Shown: positions 11,923 through 24,778, counted from the stretch's first letter. The stretch: 32,366 bases of DNA from Conidiobolus incongruus B7586 (GCA_000697335.1 JNEM01012086.1:1-32366), one strand, 5' to 3'. Made by a program: numbers and translations. Notes: a model not told the origin generated them from the sequence alone.

Positions 11923-13100
11923 TTATTACTATATAAATTAAATAATGACAAAATTCCATAATCAAAATTAAATATAGTTTTTGATATAATTGATACAAAT
12001 TAAAAATATATTATAAAATTAACACTCTTTTATTATTAATAACTTTTTGCTATATTTTTGGTAAATTTCCAACTTTTAATAATTTTTATCAATAATTGAA
12101 ATTTGATGTTTTGTAAATCAAAATCTATTTTAAGAATTTTCTTTCTTATAAGCATATTATTTTATTATTTAAAATAATTTTAATTATATAAGTTATAATC
12201 TAATGAATATACTAGATATGGCAATATTTTTTTAATTATTTTTCACAGAAAGTATTATATAATTTTAACTTTATAAATTTTATAAATATTATATAAAATG
12301 ATAAATATCTTTAATTTTTAATAAAAATATAAATCAAGAATTATTTTATAAAAAATATGAAACTTATCAATTAATTTACTTATAAAAATTAAATAAAAAA
12401 CCATATATTATTATAATCTATTATAATAGTTAATATTTACTTATAAATAAATTATTTATTCATTAGAATTTATAAAAAGGGGTTGTCTTAACCTAATATT
12501 TTTTTATTATTAAATAAAAGCTATTATAAATAATTTAATATCTATTAATTAAAATAAATAAATATAAGAGTTTTTATTTTTAATCATATTATATATATAT
12601 ATATATTTTTTAACTTTTGTTAATATAGTTTTTTTGAGTTTTTGTTAATTTATTAGATATTTAATTTATATTTTTATTAATCAAACTAAGTTTAAACTTT
12701 AATATAAATAATATACTTGCATAATTAATATTATTTTACTTTGGTTATTCTTAAGTTAAAATAAAAAGGAGTTTTTATTATATTTTTATTTTATTAATAA
12801 CAAAGAATATAATGATTTATATTAATCTTTCCAATTTTGGTAAATTTTAGATAATATCCCTTTTGGTTTTGAAGTAACAAATCTTAAATAATTTTAAAGA
12901 GTTTGTGGTTATATTTTAATAATAAAATAAATACTTTTGATAATCATTATCTAGTTTGGATATAATTAATTCAATAATAAATATTTAAATTAAAATAATT
13001 TAATGATAAATTAATAAGAATCAATATATATAGTATGAAAATATAAATTCTCCTAATTATTTTGTAAATAACTTATTTTTTTAGAACTAATAATCTGTTT
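11923..13100 (-). mobile_element. Degenerate mariner-family DNA transposon relic (copy 1); high-coordinate boundary approximate
   Basis: Minus-strand relic translation gives *ISNKLT (~12663-12643; cf. WVPHELT), ILPYLVYSLDYNLYN (~12227-12183; cf. LPHPPYSPDLAPSD) and NLPKI*QKVINN (~12067-12032; cf. LPERWQKC). It aligns by eye with 31504-32366. Confidence 0.72.
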
Positions 13101-13724
13101 GGAAAATCAGTAGTTAAAAAATTGTCATTTTTTCTTTCTTATCTGAGGTTAAAATTCAAAATAATTTTTGTTAAGCTATTTTTATAATAATATCATAGAA
13201 GGTATTTTCAAGTATTTTTTAAGATAAGAGGGTATAAGAAATTAATTCAATATTTTAGAGCCAGACCTCAGTCTGTTTTAATTTAGTAAGAAAAGAAATT
13301 TAGTTATAGATACCACTTTATAGTACGATTTGAATGGGCTTGGTATATATTTTATACATCTATTTAGCAAATTAGAGCATTTCATTGAGTTTACAGAGTT
13401 TAAAATTATATTCAGTTAAAAAAAATAAATCTGGATGATAGTGAGTTGAATAAATCAAACTGGGTTTTCAAATATGTAAAAATAGAGGTCAAAAGATCAC
13501 ATATTATGATCTTTAGCAAAATAAAGTGGTTGATATTGATTGACAGATTGAAATAATTCGTTTAGTTGAACACATGAGTTACAAAATGCCAAGTTTTGTA
13601 TTAAAGGTAATTCAATATTAAATAAATTATGAGTGATTTTGTTTGGAATATTAGATTATATTACAAAATAAAGTTAAATAGTTTAGCATATTTGATCAGG
13701 AAAAACTTTGCAAGAGCAATCCAA

Positions 13725-14294
13725 TTATTGAGCCTCTTTTTTAACTTCAACGACAGGAGTTTGGGGATTTGTTTGAATTTCTTGGGCCATATTTGTAGCG
13801 GTTTCAGGCTTTGTGGGATTGTCGATTGTTGGTGTGTTGGGTGCACCACTCTTGCCTCCAATGCTATTAGCAGCAGCTCCACCAGAAGGATTTGTTCCAG
13901 CATGAATAGATTGATTATTAGCTTCGGGAACCATAGTGTAATTTAACTCAGTGAGACAGTATTTGGGTTTAGGCAAATGGATACCATACTTTTCATAAAC
14001 AGGGGGCAATGGCATTTTATTCTTTTGATGAGCCAATTCGACCAAGAATTCTTTGGGAGGAGGTACGCTAAAAGAGTAATTCACACGACCTTGGATTCCA
14101 AGTTTCACATCAGCTAAATCAATAGTATTTTTTCCAGCATGTTCGCTATACAATATAGCATCATGTAATACGTCATTGGTATAGCGGTTGGCAAATTCAA
14201 GTAATTGGTTGATGACATTGGGTTCAACTTCTTCAATTTGATAGGATTTTAATATGAGTGAGATGATTTGAGCTAACTTTGGTGATTCTGTCAT
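13725..14294 (-). CDS. TAF9: TFIID/SAGA subunit TAF9 (histone fold)
   Basis: EPNVINQLLEFANRYTNDVLHDA..YSEHA...DVKLGIQGRVNYSF..PPPKEFL.ELA..KN..PLP...GIHLP..KYCLT. Confidence 0.96.
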   Translation of the reverse strand: MTESPKLAQIISLILKSYQIEEVEPNVINQLLEFANRYTNDVLHDAILYSEHAGKNTIDLADVKLGIQGRVNYSFSVPPPKEFLVELAHQKNKMPLPPVYEKYGIHLPKPKYCLTELNYTMVPEANNQSIHAGTNPSGGAAANSIGGKSGAPNTPTIDNPTKPETATNMAQEIQTNPQTPVVEVKKEAQ

Positions 14295-14392
14295 ATTATT
14301 TCAGTTTGATTGACTAACCGTTATTGTGACTTAATTAAAATATCAGTCAAATGACAAAACTAAATATAAGCAAATTTTATCCCATCAAATTA

Positions 14393-14400
14393 TTATGGGA
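14393..14400 (-). promoter_or_regulatory. TCCCATAA upstream motif (TAF9)
   Basis: ~100 bp upstream of the ATG, sense orientation. Confidence 0.6.
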
Positions 14401-15061
14401 TTAATTTCATGAAATGCAAATTTTAAATTAACACCATAAAAGAACCAATTTAGTTAATTAGAAATGATTAAAATAAAATTACTTGAATTTACTATTTTAA
14501 TGATTATGCTTTTCAGAATATTAAATAACCTTTTTAGCCAATTTTATTAAAATATTTTGGTTTGAATCGGTTTAATTTAATTTAATTGAGAATATAAGTC
14601 AAATTAAAATTCGAATTACAACATACATTTTAATATCAAATCTGTAAAGAATCAATATTAATGTTTTAAGTTCTCGTTATCAATATTGATAAATAAAAAC
14701 ATAAAATCTTTGATTAAAATACTATGAAATATTAACACATATACTATCAGCCATTTCAGTGTATAAATAATTTCCATTATTAAACAAAAAATATAAAGAT
14801 TAGAAACTGAATTTTATATATAGAAATAGTATTGATTGGTTAGAATTCAAAATATTTTATCGGTTGAAAAAGATTTGTTCTAGAGTGTAAAACAACTCTA
14901 TATAATTAATAGATTAGAAATATGAAGGAAATATTTTGAAACATGAAAATAGTTTAATAATATATCAAGCATACAAATTTAGTATGAGATGATATAAATT
15001 TTCAGTCAAATAATATATTTTTTGAAAAACATAATTGATGGCTGATTCAAAGATAGCATAG

Positions 15062-16723
15062 TTATTCAAATTTCAATTTAACATTCTTGTGATGGGGGTT
15101 GATTCGTAAATAATCAAATTTAAGCTGCGCAAAAAGGGTTGAACAGAGTAAAATGACATTACTCAAGCCATAAACGAGAGTAATAGCATAAAAGAAGTTG
15201 GCATTAGCTGATTCTAATTGAATCCAGCCTTCCCAGAAAAGAGGTCCTAATCCACAACAGAAAACGAGTGCAGTGCCAACAACGAATGTATAGCTTAAAT
15301 CTATACAATATTAATTATATCAGATGTGGATTGATAACATATGATTCAATTACTTACATTCGAAAATTTCGTAGAATAAAGGTAAAAAGCTAATATAGAT
15401 ACCGAAATCACCAATTGAAGGATATGACTTGAATGTTGAAATGATACCCAATTGAATAAAGATGACCAAAAAGGGATGATTTCTAGAACATGTTGTTAAT
15501 AGAATGTTTGATAATATATAAAATATAATAATTATTACGTATATTTGATACTCAAAGGAATGACAAAGAAGAAGATAAACAACTGGAAAGTACTATTGAA
15601 AAAAGATCTAAAGTGATCAAATATTTCAATATTCAAATACCAATGGAGTCCGATATTGGGTGTGAGGTCTGGAGGGAATAAACTATATTTCTGTAAGGAA
15701 GAGGATTAAGACTGAATGAATGATTCAGTGAACTTACATAGATCCAATCGTCTGACTTAAAAATTTCCAGTCTTTCATAAGTAAGTAGCTTAATCTTGTA
15801 AATCCAAACATCCACATTCCGTACAAGAAAAGAATATTTAAGAAATTATACTAAATAAAGCGTAATTATAATTTAGTTAAAACGAATAAAAGTTGGATAA
15901 TTTAATTACCCAAGTTCTTTCAGATTTTGTCTTGTAAGTAATTAAATACAGAGGAGGAATCAAGCTCACTGCGTAAAATCCAAGGCAGGTTGCAAAACTG
16001 AGCATTAGCATTCCGCTATTAGGAAAACCTAAATAATTAAAATAAAATATTATTTGTAAATAATAATATATACCTTGTAAACAATATAGTATAGCAGATG
16101 CAATAGCAAAATTGTCAAGAATAATTGTAGACATGGCTAGCGTAGTCAGTGTAGTAAAAGGATTAAGTAAATAAACACTACCCATAATAATTCCAAGACG
16201 ATGGTCGTCATTTTTAAAGAGTGGTAAGAGGTTAGGATTGTTGAATAAATAAATAACACCAATTCTGTATATAGTATAGCCAATTAGAATATCAATTTGA
16301 ACGAAAAGTCCAAATAATATGCCAGGAGGAAATTTTTCAAGAAAATTGAAAATAAACAATAAAAGAGGAGACTAAAACAATACTTAATATGGTAGTATTT
16401 GAACAAAAGTAATCGTTACTTGATAATAAACGTTTCCTTCATAAGGGTCGATACTATTGTTGAATAAGTAAACTCCTTCTTTCACTACACATTATTAAAA
16501 AATTAGCAAATAATAAGTAATAGATTTAGAAGAAATTACATTGTTTAAAACTTGTGATAGGAGTTGAAATCTCAATTCTATTTATCAAATTTTCAATACC
16601 ATTTTCACCTAACCAATAAAATAAGGAAACTCTGATAAATGTAGCAAGAAGGATGATAGGTATAAATGGATCAATATCCGATATTTTTTTATAAGCTCGA
16701 CTAATAAAATTATTTAAAGACAT
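15062..16723 (-). CDS. GAB1: GPI transamidase subunit PIG-U / Gab1, multi-exon
   Basis: Spliced exons encode NRIEISTPITSFK, YLLNPFT, PDLTPNIGLHWYLNIEIFDHFRSFF, FKSYPSIGD and SANANFFYAITLVY. Stop TAA at 15062-15064. Confidence 0.93.
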
Positions 16724-16823
16724 TATACATTAATTAATAAATTCTTTTATTTATTATTCAATATGTGACGTAGGAATTCAAATTCAACTTGGTTTTTGAA
16801 ATTCATCCAATTTTAAGTATGGT

Positions 16824-16831
16824 TTATGGGA
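16824..16831 (-). promoter_or_regulatory. TCCCATAA upstream motif (GAB1/PIG-U)
   Basis: ~100 bp upstream of the ATG, sense orientation. Confidence 0.6.
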
Positions 16832-17611
16832 TATTGCATGTGAATTTATAATTTTGTTCAGTAAGAATATGATATTTAGATACCATCATATCGATATTTT
16901 TATAACTATAAAGATAGTATACATATGTAAATAATGGTGGAATATATTTCAGATTTAACTTGATATATACTTTTATGATATTTTTATAATCTTTTAAGGT
17001 TAAAAACAGTGAAATATGCAATTCTATGATATAGCACATAATATTTTTCTTTTTTGAGATATAATAACATTATATTATCCATTCAAAAAATAAAATTAAA
17101 TTGATATTTATTATGATGGCCTGTTAATAAATAAATAACTAAAATTGATACTATTTATATTTGAAGAAAAAGTATATTAGATAATGGTATGTATTCTTAT
17201 ATTAATGCTATATATTGATACTAATGAAAAGTATTGCACAATGTTTGAATAGACTTTAATGTAATAAACCATTTATATTTTAAAATTTTATAATAGGTTT
17301 AATTTACATATATTTAGCTTCACTTATTTTTTTACTCTTCAGATTTGATTATAGTGTTAATTTAGTAATAAATCAATAGTAATATTCATTATAATTTTTA
17401 AATATTAAATTGTTTGAATCAATGTTTGTTTTTATAATTCATTTTGATGTTTAGAGGAATTAAGCTTTATATTTTGTTTCTAAAGCCTGATTTAATCCCA
17501 ATTGGTGATCAAATACATAATATTTATAATCCATCCCATAACCAATTTATAAGTTTCGCATACATAAATTATCTTCGAATTCAGACTTTGAAAACAGACT
17601 CTAAAACAATC

Positions 17612-18729
17612 ATATGTGGAAGTACTGCATTAAATCTAATAACATAATATTTATTATCTAATAGTATTCTAAATACATCATTGAGAGGGTTCAAATTTCT
17701 GAGTGGATTGACAAGGATAATTCCAACCCAGATAATTTATTTTGTCAATTTCGCAAACGTATGTTTATATAAATTTTCAGTTATAACATATCTCCATCTT
17801 ATTACCAGCCAGTCATAACTAGAGGGTTAGGTAATAACCCTAGTCAAGTAGATAGAGATGCCTATCAACAACCTGGTAACCCCAAACTAATACGCAGCAT
17901 GAAATGGGGATTAATTCCTTCTTGGGCTGCAAATAACCACAAAACTGGAGGAAAAATTCAGCCCGTAAATATTAGAGATGACTCATTGACTGAAAATGTT
18001 AAACCTATGTTTTGTAATATCAGAAATACCCAAAGATATTTAGTCATAGCTCAAGGATTTTATGAATGGAAAAGATAAGGAGAGAACTAAGTCCCTTATT
18101 TTTCCACTCCATGAGGTTAGAAAGAAAAAGATGTACCATTTGTACTATTTCGTGCGATTTGTGATCGAGTTAAAATTGCAGGACACGTGATATATAGTTA
18201 CGCAATTGCTACTTCTCCTGCAAACGACCAATCCAAAATCCACGACAGAATGCCACTTATTTTTGATCCTGAATTGGATCAAGGTGATATTGAAGAATGG
18301 TTAAATTCTCAAATGCCTATGAACGACAGAATTAAAGAAGTATTAATTCCATTTGAGCGTAAATTAACTATATAAGTGTTAATGATTATAACTGATTCTA
18401 TTAATCTTTATAACCCATTTCATTTTAATTACCAAGTTCCTGATTCTGTTAATAAAGCAGGAATATGCCACCTTTCAATGGTGATGCCCTTTAACAAAAA
18501 CTCTACACTATTGGGCTTTTTCCGAGCCAGCAAGCCATTTTCAAATAAGTCCGGGGATACTAAAGGTAATTTGCTTGAAGAAAAAGGAATTAAGAAGCCC
18601 AGCATGTGGAAGATGTCTCAAATTATTGAAATTAAAGAAAGATCTGATGATGAGAGAGGAATTCAGTTTGGAAAATGGTCTTTATTTTTAAAATGCTCTG
18701 CTGAGCATAGAAAAACCAAGGAGGATTAA
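17612..18729 (+). pseudogene. HMCES: SRAP/HMCES (abasic-site crosslinking protein) unprocessed pseudogene
   Basis: Relic N-terminus ATA-TGT-GGA-AGT (cf. MCGR) and motifs SYNISP, MKWGLIPSW, GFYEW, IHDRMPLI. In-frame stops at 18076, 18088, 18112 and 18118. Splice sites appear degenerate. Confidence 0.88.
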
Positions 18730-19047
18730 TAATGATATCAGTTTTAATATAAACTTGTAAAATTTATAATGATAGATAATATTATACAGTTTATTAGTAT
18801 TTACATGAAATTGAGGTTTGATGGTAATAATTCATTATTATATTTATAAATTGGATATCTTGATGATTGCAATTTAGAAATATAGTTAATGAACTCAACG
18901 GTATTTGCAGATTTAGCTAATATGAAGTATTAATAAAAGATCGCAAGTAATATATTGAATTTGAAAAATAACTAATTTTGGACTAAATTGAATTAAATGA
19001 AAAAATAAAATAATTATAGTATCAAATTATTATTTGAAATAGATCGA

Positions 19048-19120
19048 GCCCGGTTAGCTCAGTCGGTAGAGCATCAGACTTTTAATCTGAGGGTCGTGGG
19101 TTCGAGCCCCACATTGGGCG
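19048..19120 (+). tRNA. tRNA-Lys (anticodon TTT)
   Basis: GCCCGGT/ATTGGGC acceptor stem, TAGCTCAGTCGGTAGAGC D-arm, TCAGA-CTTTTAA-TCTGA anticodon arm, GGTTCGAGCCC T-arm, followed by a T-run terminator. Confidence 0.97.
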
Positions 19121-20131
19121 TTTATTTTTTCCTGATTCTTATCATTTCGAATATTCTTTCATTTCTGCTTTATTCCAATATTCTTCTCATTTAGTTTTTT
19201 GTAATTTTTTAAAAATTTTCTCGACTCAAATGCTTATAAAAAAATATTTTCACATTTTTGGTGTGAGACTTTAAATATTTTTTATTAAAACAAAATTTTA
19301 ATTTTATTGATAGTACAAATACTTTATTCATTTTACTGATGTTATTATAGCTATTATTAAATTTATCTTCTATCTTTCAAATTGGAATATTCAAATCAAG
19401 TAATATTTTAAATTTGATTAATGAATAATTTGAAAAATATTAAAAATACTGCTCAGATTTATAGTAATTATTCACTATTTATTAAAAAATATTTTCGAAA
19501 ATTCTGAGACAATAATTTGCTTCAAGTAGAAATATGAATTATGTTATTATTCAAGGAAATTTCACTTTCAATTTTCATTGTATTATGTTTATTGCTTGTA
19601 CCTTTTTACTAACTTCGGAAAAGTTGATTTATTCCTTTCATCCTAATAGGTAATCTGAAGGATAATAAGAAAGGTAAAAGACCAAATATATTATATATAT
19701 AAATTGATATTGTATTATTGATTTAATGGATATAAAATTAAACAATTTCTGGATTGTGAATATTTTAAACAACTTTGAAAATGTTCAAATATTTCATCGT
19801 ATTATAAAACTAATATTAGGTATTATTGTGTTATTTTTATTTCGTGATTTTGAAAAATATATTGAATATTTTTGAGTTTGATCAATCTTAATGAAAAACT
19901 TATTAAAAGGTAAAAAGGAATGATGTGAAATCATAAGAGTGGAAAAATATGTAATAAAATAAAATAAAAAAATATTTGATGATTTACAAAGAGTGCGGTA
20001 AAATATGATTAGATAGCCGAATAGTCCTGATGAAATGGAATAATAATAAATAATAAATAAAAATAAAAAAATAACAAAATAAGGAAAATCAATAATGTGA
20101 TATATATAATGATAATTTTTTAAGCTGGCAA

Positions 20132-20226
20132 GCTCCTATAGCAAAGTGGTTAATGCGTCGTGCTTATAAGTGAACAACTTATACTGGGACACGCGAAGGT
20201 CACGGGTTCGAACCCCGTTGGGAGCG
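20132..20226 (+). tRNA. tRNA-Ile (anticodon TAT) with 22-nt intron (20169-20190)
   Basis: GCTCCTA/TGGGAGC acceptor stem, TCGTG-CTTATA[intron]A-CGCGA anticodon arm with the intron at the canonical 37/38 position, GGTTCGAACCC T-arm and a T6 terminator. Confidence 0.93.
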
Positions 20227-20895
20227 GACTTTTTTTGCTAAAAGTTTCAATTTGTTTATCACTACCTCTCATTTTTCATTTTTTTTTACCATTCAACCAT
20301 TCTTAGTTTTTATTTTAATAATTAATAATATTTAATATCCAATTTAAACAAATTCAAATAACATCATCTCTTTTTATAATATATTCTGATATATACCAGA
20401 TTTTCGCATAATAGTCATTAATTATTATCAAGATCAATTAATAATTTAATTATAAACATTTAAATCTAATTGTTGAGTTTATTCAATATTTCAACTTTAT
20501 TTACATACAATTGTTCAATACTAATAATATTTTTTAAATGTTAATTTTAACCATTTATAATTTAAAAATTCATTCCTGGAAGCTAAAATAGTTTTGTATA
20601 CAAAAAATACCTATTTAATATTTTTGCATTAAGTAAAAAAGATATAATAATTATTCAATATTTTTATTATTGAAGCTAACAAAATAATATAAAATGGCTT
20701 ATTTGAGTCAATTATCCATCAATAAATCTTGAAAAGGAAACGACCTAATCTCATAACCTTATACATTAAATATTGCCATTTATCAACCCATAAATTTCAA
20801 ATTAATTATCAAGATTATTTGAATGGTCTCAATTTGAAGTTATTAAATAGACTGCTAATATTGTTAAATAGTTTTTTGTACAAAAATAATAAATA

Positions 20896-21288
20896 ATGTC
20901 TATACAAGTTTATTTTACTTATAGACCATATAAAGATGAATTTAATCTTCCAAATGTAGATAATACCTATTTTCGTTATATTAATATGTTGAATGCTACT
21001 GATGAAGAAATAATAGATTTTAACGATCATATAGACGAAGATAAAAGTCCTATAAATAAGTGTGTATTATTTATTATCGATAAAATGTCATTTGAAGACA
21101 AAAAATCAAAGACAATTTATATAAGTAAGCTTCCTATTGAATATCATGTATCTTTTAGAGCATATTTAGGTGATGCTTATTTGGCTAGCTGTAATCTAGA
21201 AACAGGTAATTTATCTTTGGAAGAAGTTCTTGATGGTATGTATAATGCTGAAGATAACGTTCCTATACCATTTTATCTGTTATTATAA
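20896..21288 (+). CDS. 130-aa hypothetical protein, possibly DUF6924-like
   Basis: Intronless ORF with a protein-like, acidic composition and ACCCATAA ~100 bp upstream. LFIIDKMSFED...SFRA...CNLETGNLSLEEV resembles the DUF6924 pattern (F..D..T..D...FR......NL..AN.DFEE) as recalled from memory. Confidence 0.6.
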   Translation: MSIQVYFTYRPYKDEFNLPNVDNTYFRYINMLNATDEEIIDFNDHIDEDKSPINKCVLFIIDKMSFEDKKSKTIYISKLPIEYHVSFRAYLGDAYLASCNLETGNLSLEEVLDGMYNAEDNVPIPFYLLL

Positions 21289-21517
21289 AAAATATTTTTT
21301 TAAAACAAGTTATTAAATATGATTCAGATTTTAAGATTTGAATTATTAATTAAATATTCATAGTTCACCTTTTTGTAAAAATTCTAATTCTAAGATTTTA
21401 AATATATAAATATAATTAAAATACAATATTGTAAAAAGATATCAAATTTAAATTTAATAGTATTGGATTTCAATTATCAATCATTTTAGAATTTTATTTT
21501 AACTCTTGTAATATATT

Positions 21518-24500
21518 ATACCTATTTTAACGCCGACTCAAGCAGCTAAATTACAATCGAATCCTGCAATGATTCGTAACCTCTGTATTCTGGCTCACGT
21601 AGACCATGGCAAAACCACTCTTTCAGATTCCTTATTAGCTTCCAACGGGGTTATCAGTTCTAGAATTGCTGGTAAAGTACGCTATTTGAATAGTCGTGAA
21701 GGCGAACAACTTCGAGGTATTATTATGGAGTCCTCAACCATCAGTCTTCATTTTCCAGTTAGAGCAGTTACCAAGGATGGATCCGTTGAAAATCGTGATT
21801 GTTTGATTAATTTGGTCGATAGTCCAGGTCATGTCGATTTCTCAGGTGAAGTATCCTCAGCATCCAGAATTTGCGACGGTGCACTCATTTTGGTTGATAG
21901 TGTCGAAGGTGTGTACTCAGACTCATACTGTCTTGAGACAAGCTTGGGTTGAAAAGATTCAGCCTATTCTCACGTTAAACAAAGTGGATCGTTTGATTAC
22001 GGAATTACAGATGACACCATCCGAAGCATATGTGCACTTGACTAAAATCTTAGAACAAGTCAATGCTATTATTGCTTCCTTCTTTACCGATGACATCATT
22101 GGCGAAGACTCCATAAAACTCGATGCCAAGAAAGAGCAAGGCGAAGACGTTAAAGAAGGCGAATGGGTTTTGGAAGAGAAGGACAATAGTGACATTTATT
22201 TTGCTCCAGAACGTGGTAATGTAGTATTCTGTAATACTATTGACGGCTGAGCTTTCCGAATTGAAAATTTTGCCAAGCTATAGTCTAAAAAATTAGGAAT
22301 GAATGAGAAAGCTTTGTTGAAATGTCTGTGGGGTAGTTACTAATTTGGTCCTAAAACAAAAAACGTATTACTTCCTAAACATCTCAAGAACACTAACGAG
22401 GTTCTGAATCCCATGTTCGTTCAATTTATTTTGGAACAAATTTGGGCAGTATATGATTGTGTCTTGATGAATCCTGGTATCGAAAAAGTCACTAAAATCA
22501 TTAATAATTTGGGAGTTAAAATCAACCCCAGAGAACTCAAAAGTAAAGACACAAGAGGTTTACTATGGACAATTATGAGCTAGTGGTTATCTTTAGCTTC
22601 TACCGTTTTACTTTGTGTCGTTGAAAAAGTGCCTTCTCTATTTCAAGCTCAACCCAAGAGAATACCTAAAATTTTGTATCCAAACAGTGATACCATTCCA
22701 GAACCCTCAAACAAGGTAGAGGAAATGATATACAGATGTGAAAATAGTCTAGATACCGAGATGGTCGCTTACGTTTCCAAGACCTTTTACGTTTCCCCTG
22801 AGAATCTTCCAGAAAATCGAAGAGTTCAATTAACTGCAGAAGAAATGAGAGAGAGGCGTACGAGAGAATTATTAATGAGAAAGAAGGAAGAAGCCGAAGT
22901 TGAAGGTACACCCTTTAACTTGCTTCCTCAAGATGAATTGCAGTCTTTATCTCTGAACAGCTCTGAAACAACCGAGAATCAACAAAATGTTCCTATTGGT
23001 TTCGCTAAAATTTTCTCAGGTATCATTAAAGTTGGTCAAAAGATCTATATTTTGGGTCCCGGATATGATTCTAGTAAACCAGATGAACACTGCCCGGAAA
23101 TCATCTTCCAAAGACTCTATTTGTTGATGCGACGAGATTTGTACGATTTACAACAGGTTCTTACAGGTAATGTCTTCGGTATCTCGGGTATCAATGATTA
23201 TATTTTGAAAACTGGTACCTTGTCAACCGCCAAAGAATGTAATAACTTGGGAGTTTTGCGCCATTTGATACCTCCAATTTTAAGAGTTGCTCTTGAACCC
23301 ATGTTTCCAAGAGATTTAGGCAAATTAGAATAGGGTCTTAAACTTCTCGATCAATCTGATCTCTCCGTCGAAATTGTTTTGCAAGAAACTGGTGAACATG
23401 TTTTAGTATGTGCTGGTGAAGTTGATTTAGGGGTATTATTTTATCATTATTTTCATTATTAATTTTATTAATCACCATATTTTATAGCGTTGTTTAACCG
23501 ATTTACGTGAAAGATTCGCTCAAATTGATATCCAAGTATCTGATCCAATTGTTCCATATAGAGAAACTGTATATCCTTTAGGTAATACAACAAATAATCC
23601 ATTTTAGTAATACCACATTAATTTTCCAAATAGAAGGAACCACTGGTAACTGGCAACAAAGTGACGTTGGTCAAGTGACTATTGAATCTTCATCAGGTGA
23701 ATTCTCCATTGATTTCCGTCTTGTTCCTCTCCCTTCTCAGGTTTATGAGGTATTATTGAAATCTGCTAACACCATTAAGTAGCTCCAATCTCGTAGATCT
23801 GGCCAAACCAGTAATCAATCTTCAGAGGAGCAGAATTTAGAAGAGTTATCACCTGAGGATCTTTTGACATCAGGCCATCAATAACCCATTACTGCTAATG
23901 ATTTTGCAAATCAATTGGAAGAAGCATTTAAAGAGTCCAAACAAGAGGGCTGGGAAGGAATCGTTGATCAGATATGGTCATTTGGACCCAAGGGTATTGG
24001 TTCCAATATTTTGGTTAACAAGTTGGGCTACTCGAAGCGTTCATGATTCGAACTTGCTGGGTGTACCAAATTAACTAACTCCGCCCAAGATAACTTGGAT
24101 TGAGGCTTTGGAAGCAACTTACTTCAAAGAGAAATTGAAAATGGTATTTGCACAGGTTTCCAGATCGTTACTCAACAAGGGCCACTTTGTGCTAAACCCG
24201 TCGTTGGTACCTGTTTCATCGTTGAAAAGATTATTTTAGGAGAAAAGACCTCTTCAGGCACTGAAACTGCTACTCAAAAGAGTAGTGTCCTATCAGGTCA
24301 AGTGATCTCAATGGTCAAAGAAGGGTTCAAACAAGCATTCCTCTCGCTATCACCCCGTATTTTACTCGCCACATACTCTTGTGAGATTCAAGCCACTTCC
24401 GAAGTCTTGGGCAAAGTGTACACCGTCTTAGCACGTCGTCGCGGTCGTGTCTTATCCGAAGAAATGAAAGAAGGTACCACTTTCTTCCAAATTTCCGCAC

Positions 24501-24778
24501 ATTTACTAGTAATCGAAAGTTTCGAATTTTCCGAAGAAATTCGTAAGAAAACCTCAGATGCAGGTATTCCTCAATTAGTGTTCTCAGGTTTTGAAGTCTA
24601 CGACCAGAATCCATTCTGGGTACCTACTACCGAAGAGGAATTAGAAGATTTGGGAGAAAAGGTAGATAGAGCTAATGTCGCCAAGGAATATATGGGTATA
24701 GTTCGTCGTCGTGAGGGTCTTTTTGTCGAGGAGAAAGTAGTTATCTCAGCTGAAAAACAAAGAACTCTGATGCAATAA
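21518..24778 (+). pseudogene. EFL1: EFL1/RIA1 (EF-2-like ribosome biogenesis GTPase) unprocessed pseudogene
   Basis: [64 protein letters not shown] and AEKQRTL. Inferred original start reads ATA (21518). There is a frameshift at ~21909-21914, nine in-frame stops, and two retained GT-AG introns (~23433-23487 and 23582-23633). Confidence 0.93.

Noticed and set aside
13250..13600. Slightly GC-richer stretch between the mariner relic and the TAF9 3' end
   Set aside because: It may be a decayed gene fragment, but no family was recognisable in any frame.
17824..17842. Telomere-like GGGTTAGG / TAACCCTA
   Set aside because: Single units inside the SRAP reading frame, not an array.
18372..18432. AT-AC (U12-type) intron in the SRAP gene
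   Set aside because: There is no ATATCCTT donor. The frame requires the junction at 18428, consistent with a mutated GT-AG intron in a pseudogene.
20027..20033. CTGATGA as a hammerhead ribozyme core or C box
   Set aside because: No stem II-GAAA-stem III arrangement and no matching D box nearby.
21518..24778. Stop-codon reassignment or readthrough explaining the EFL1 and SRAP in-frame stops
   Set aside because: All three stop types occur at positions expecting different residues (W, Y, Q/E), there is also a frameshift, and intact genes here terminate with TAA, TAG and TGA.
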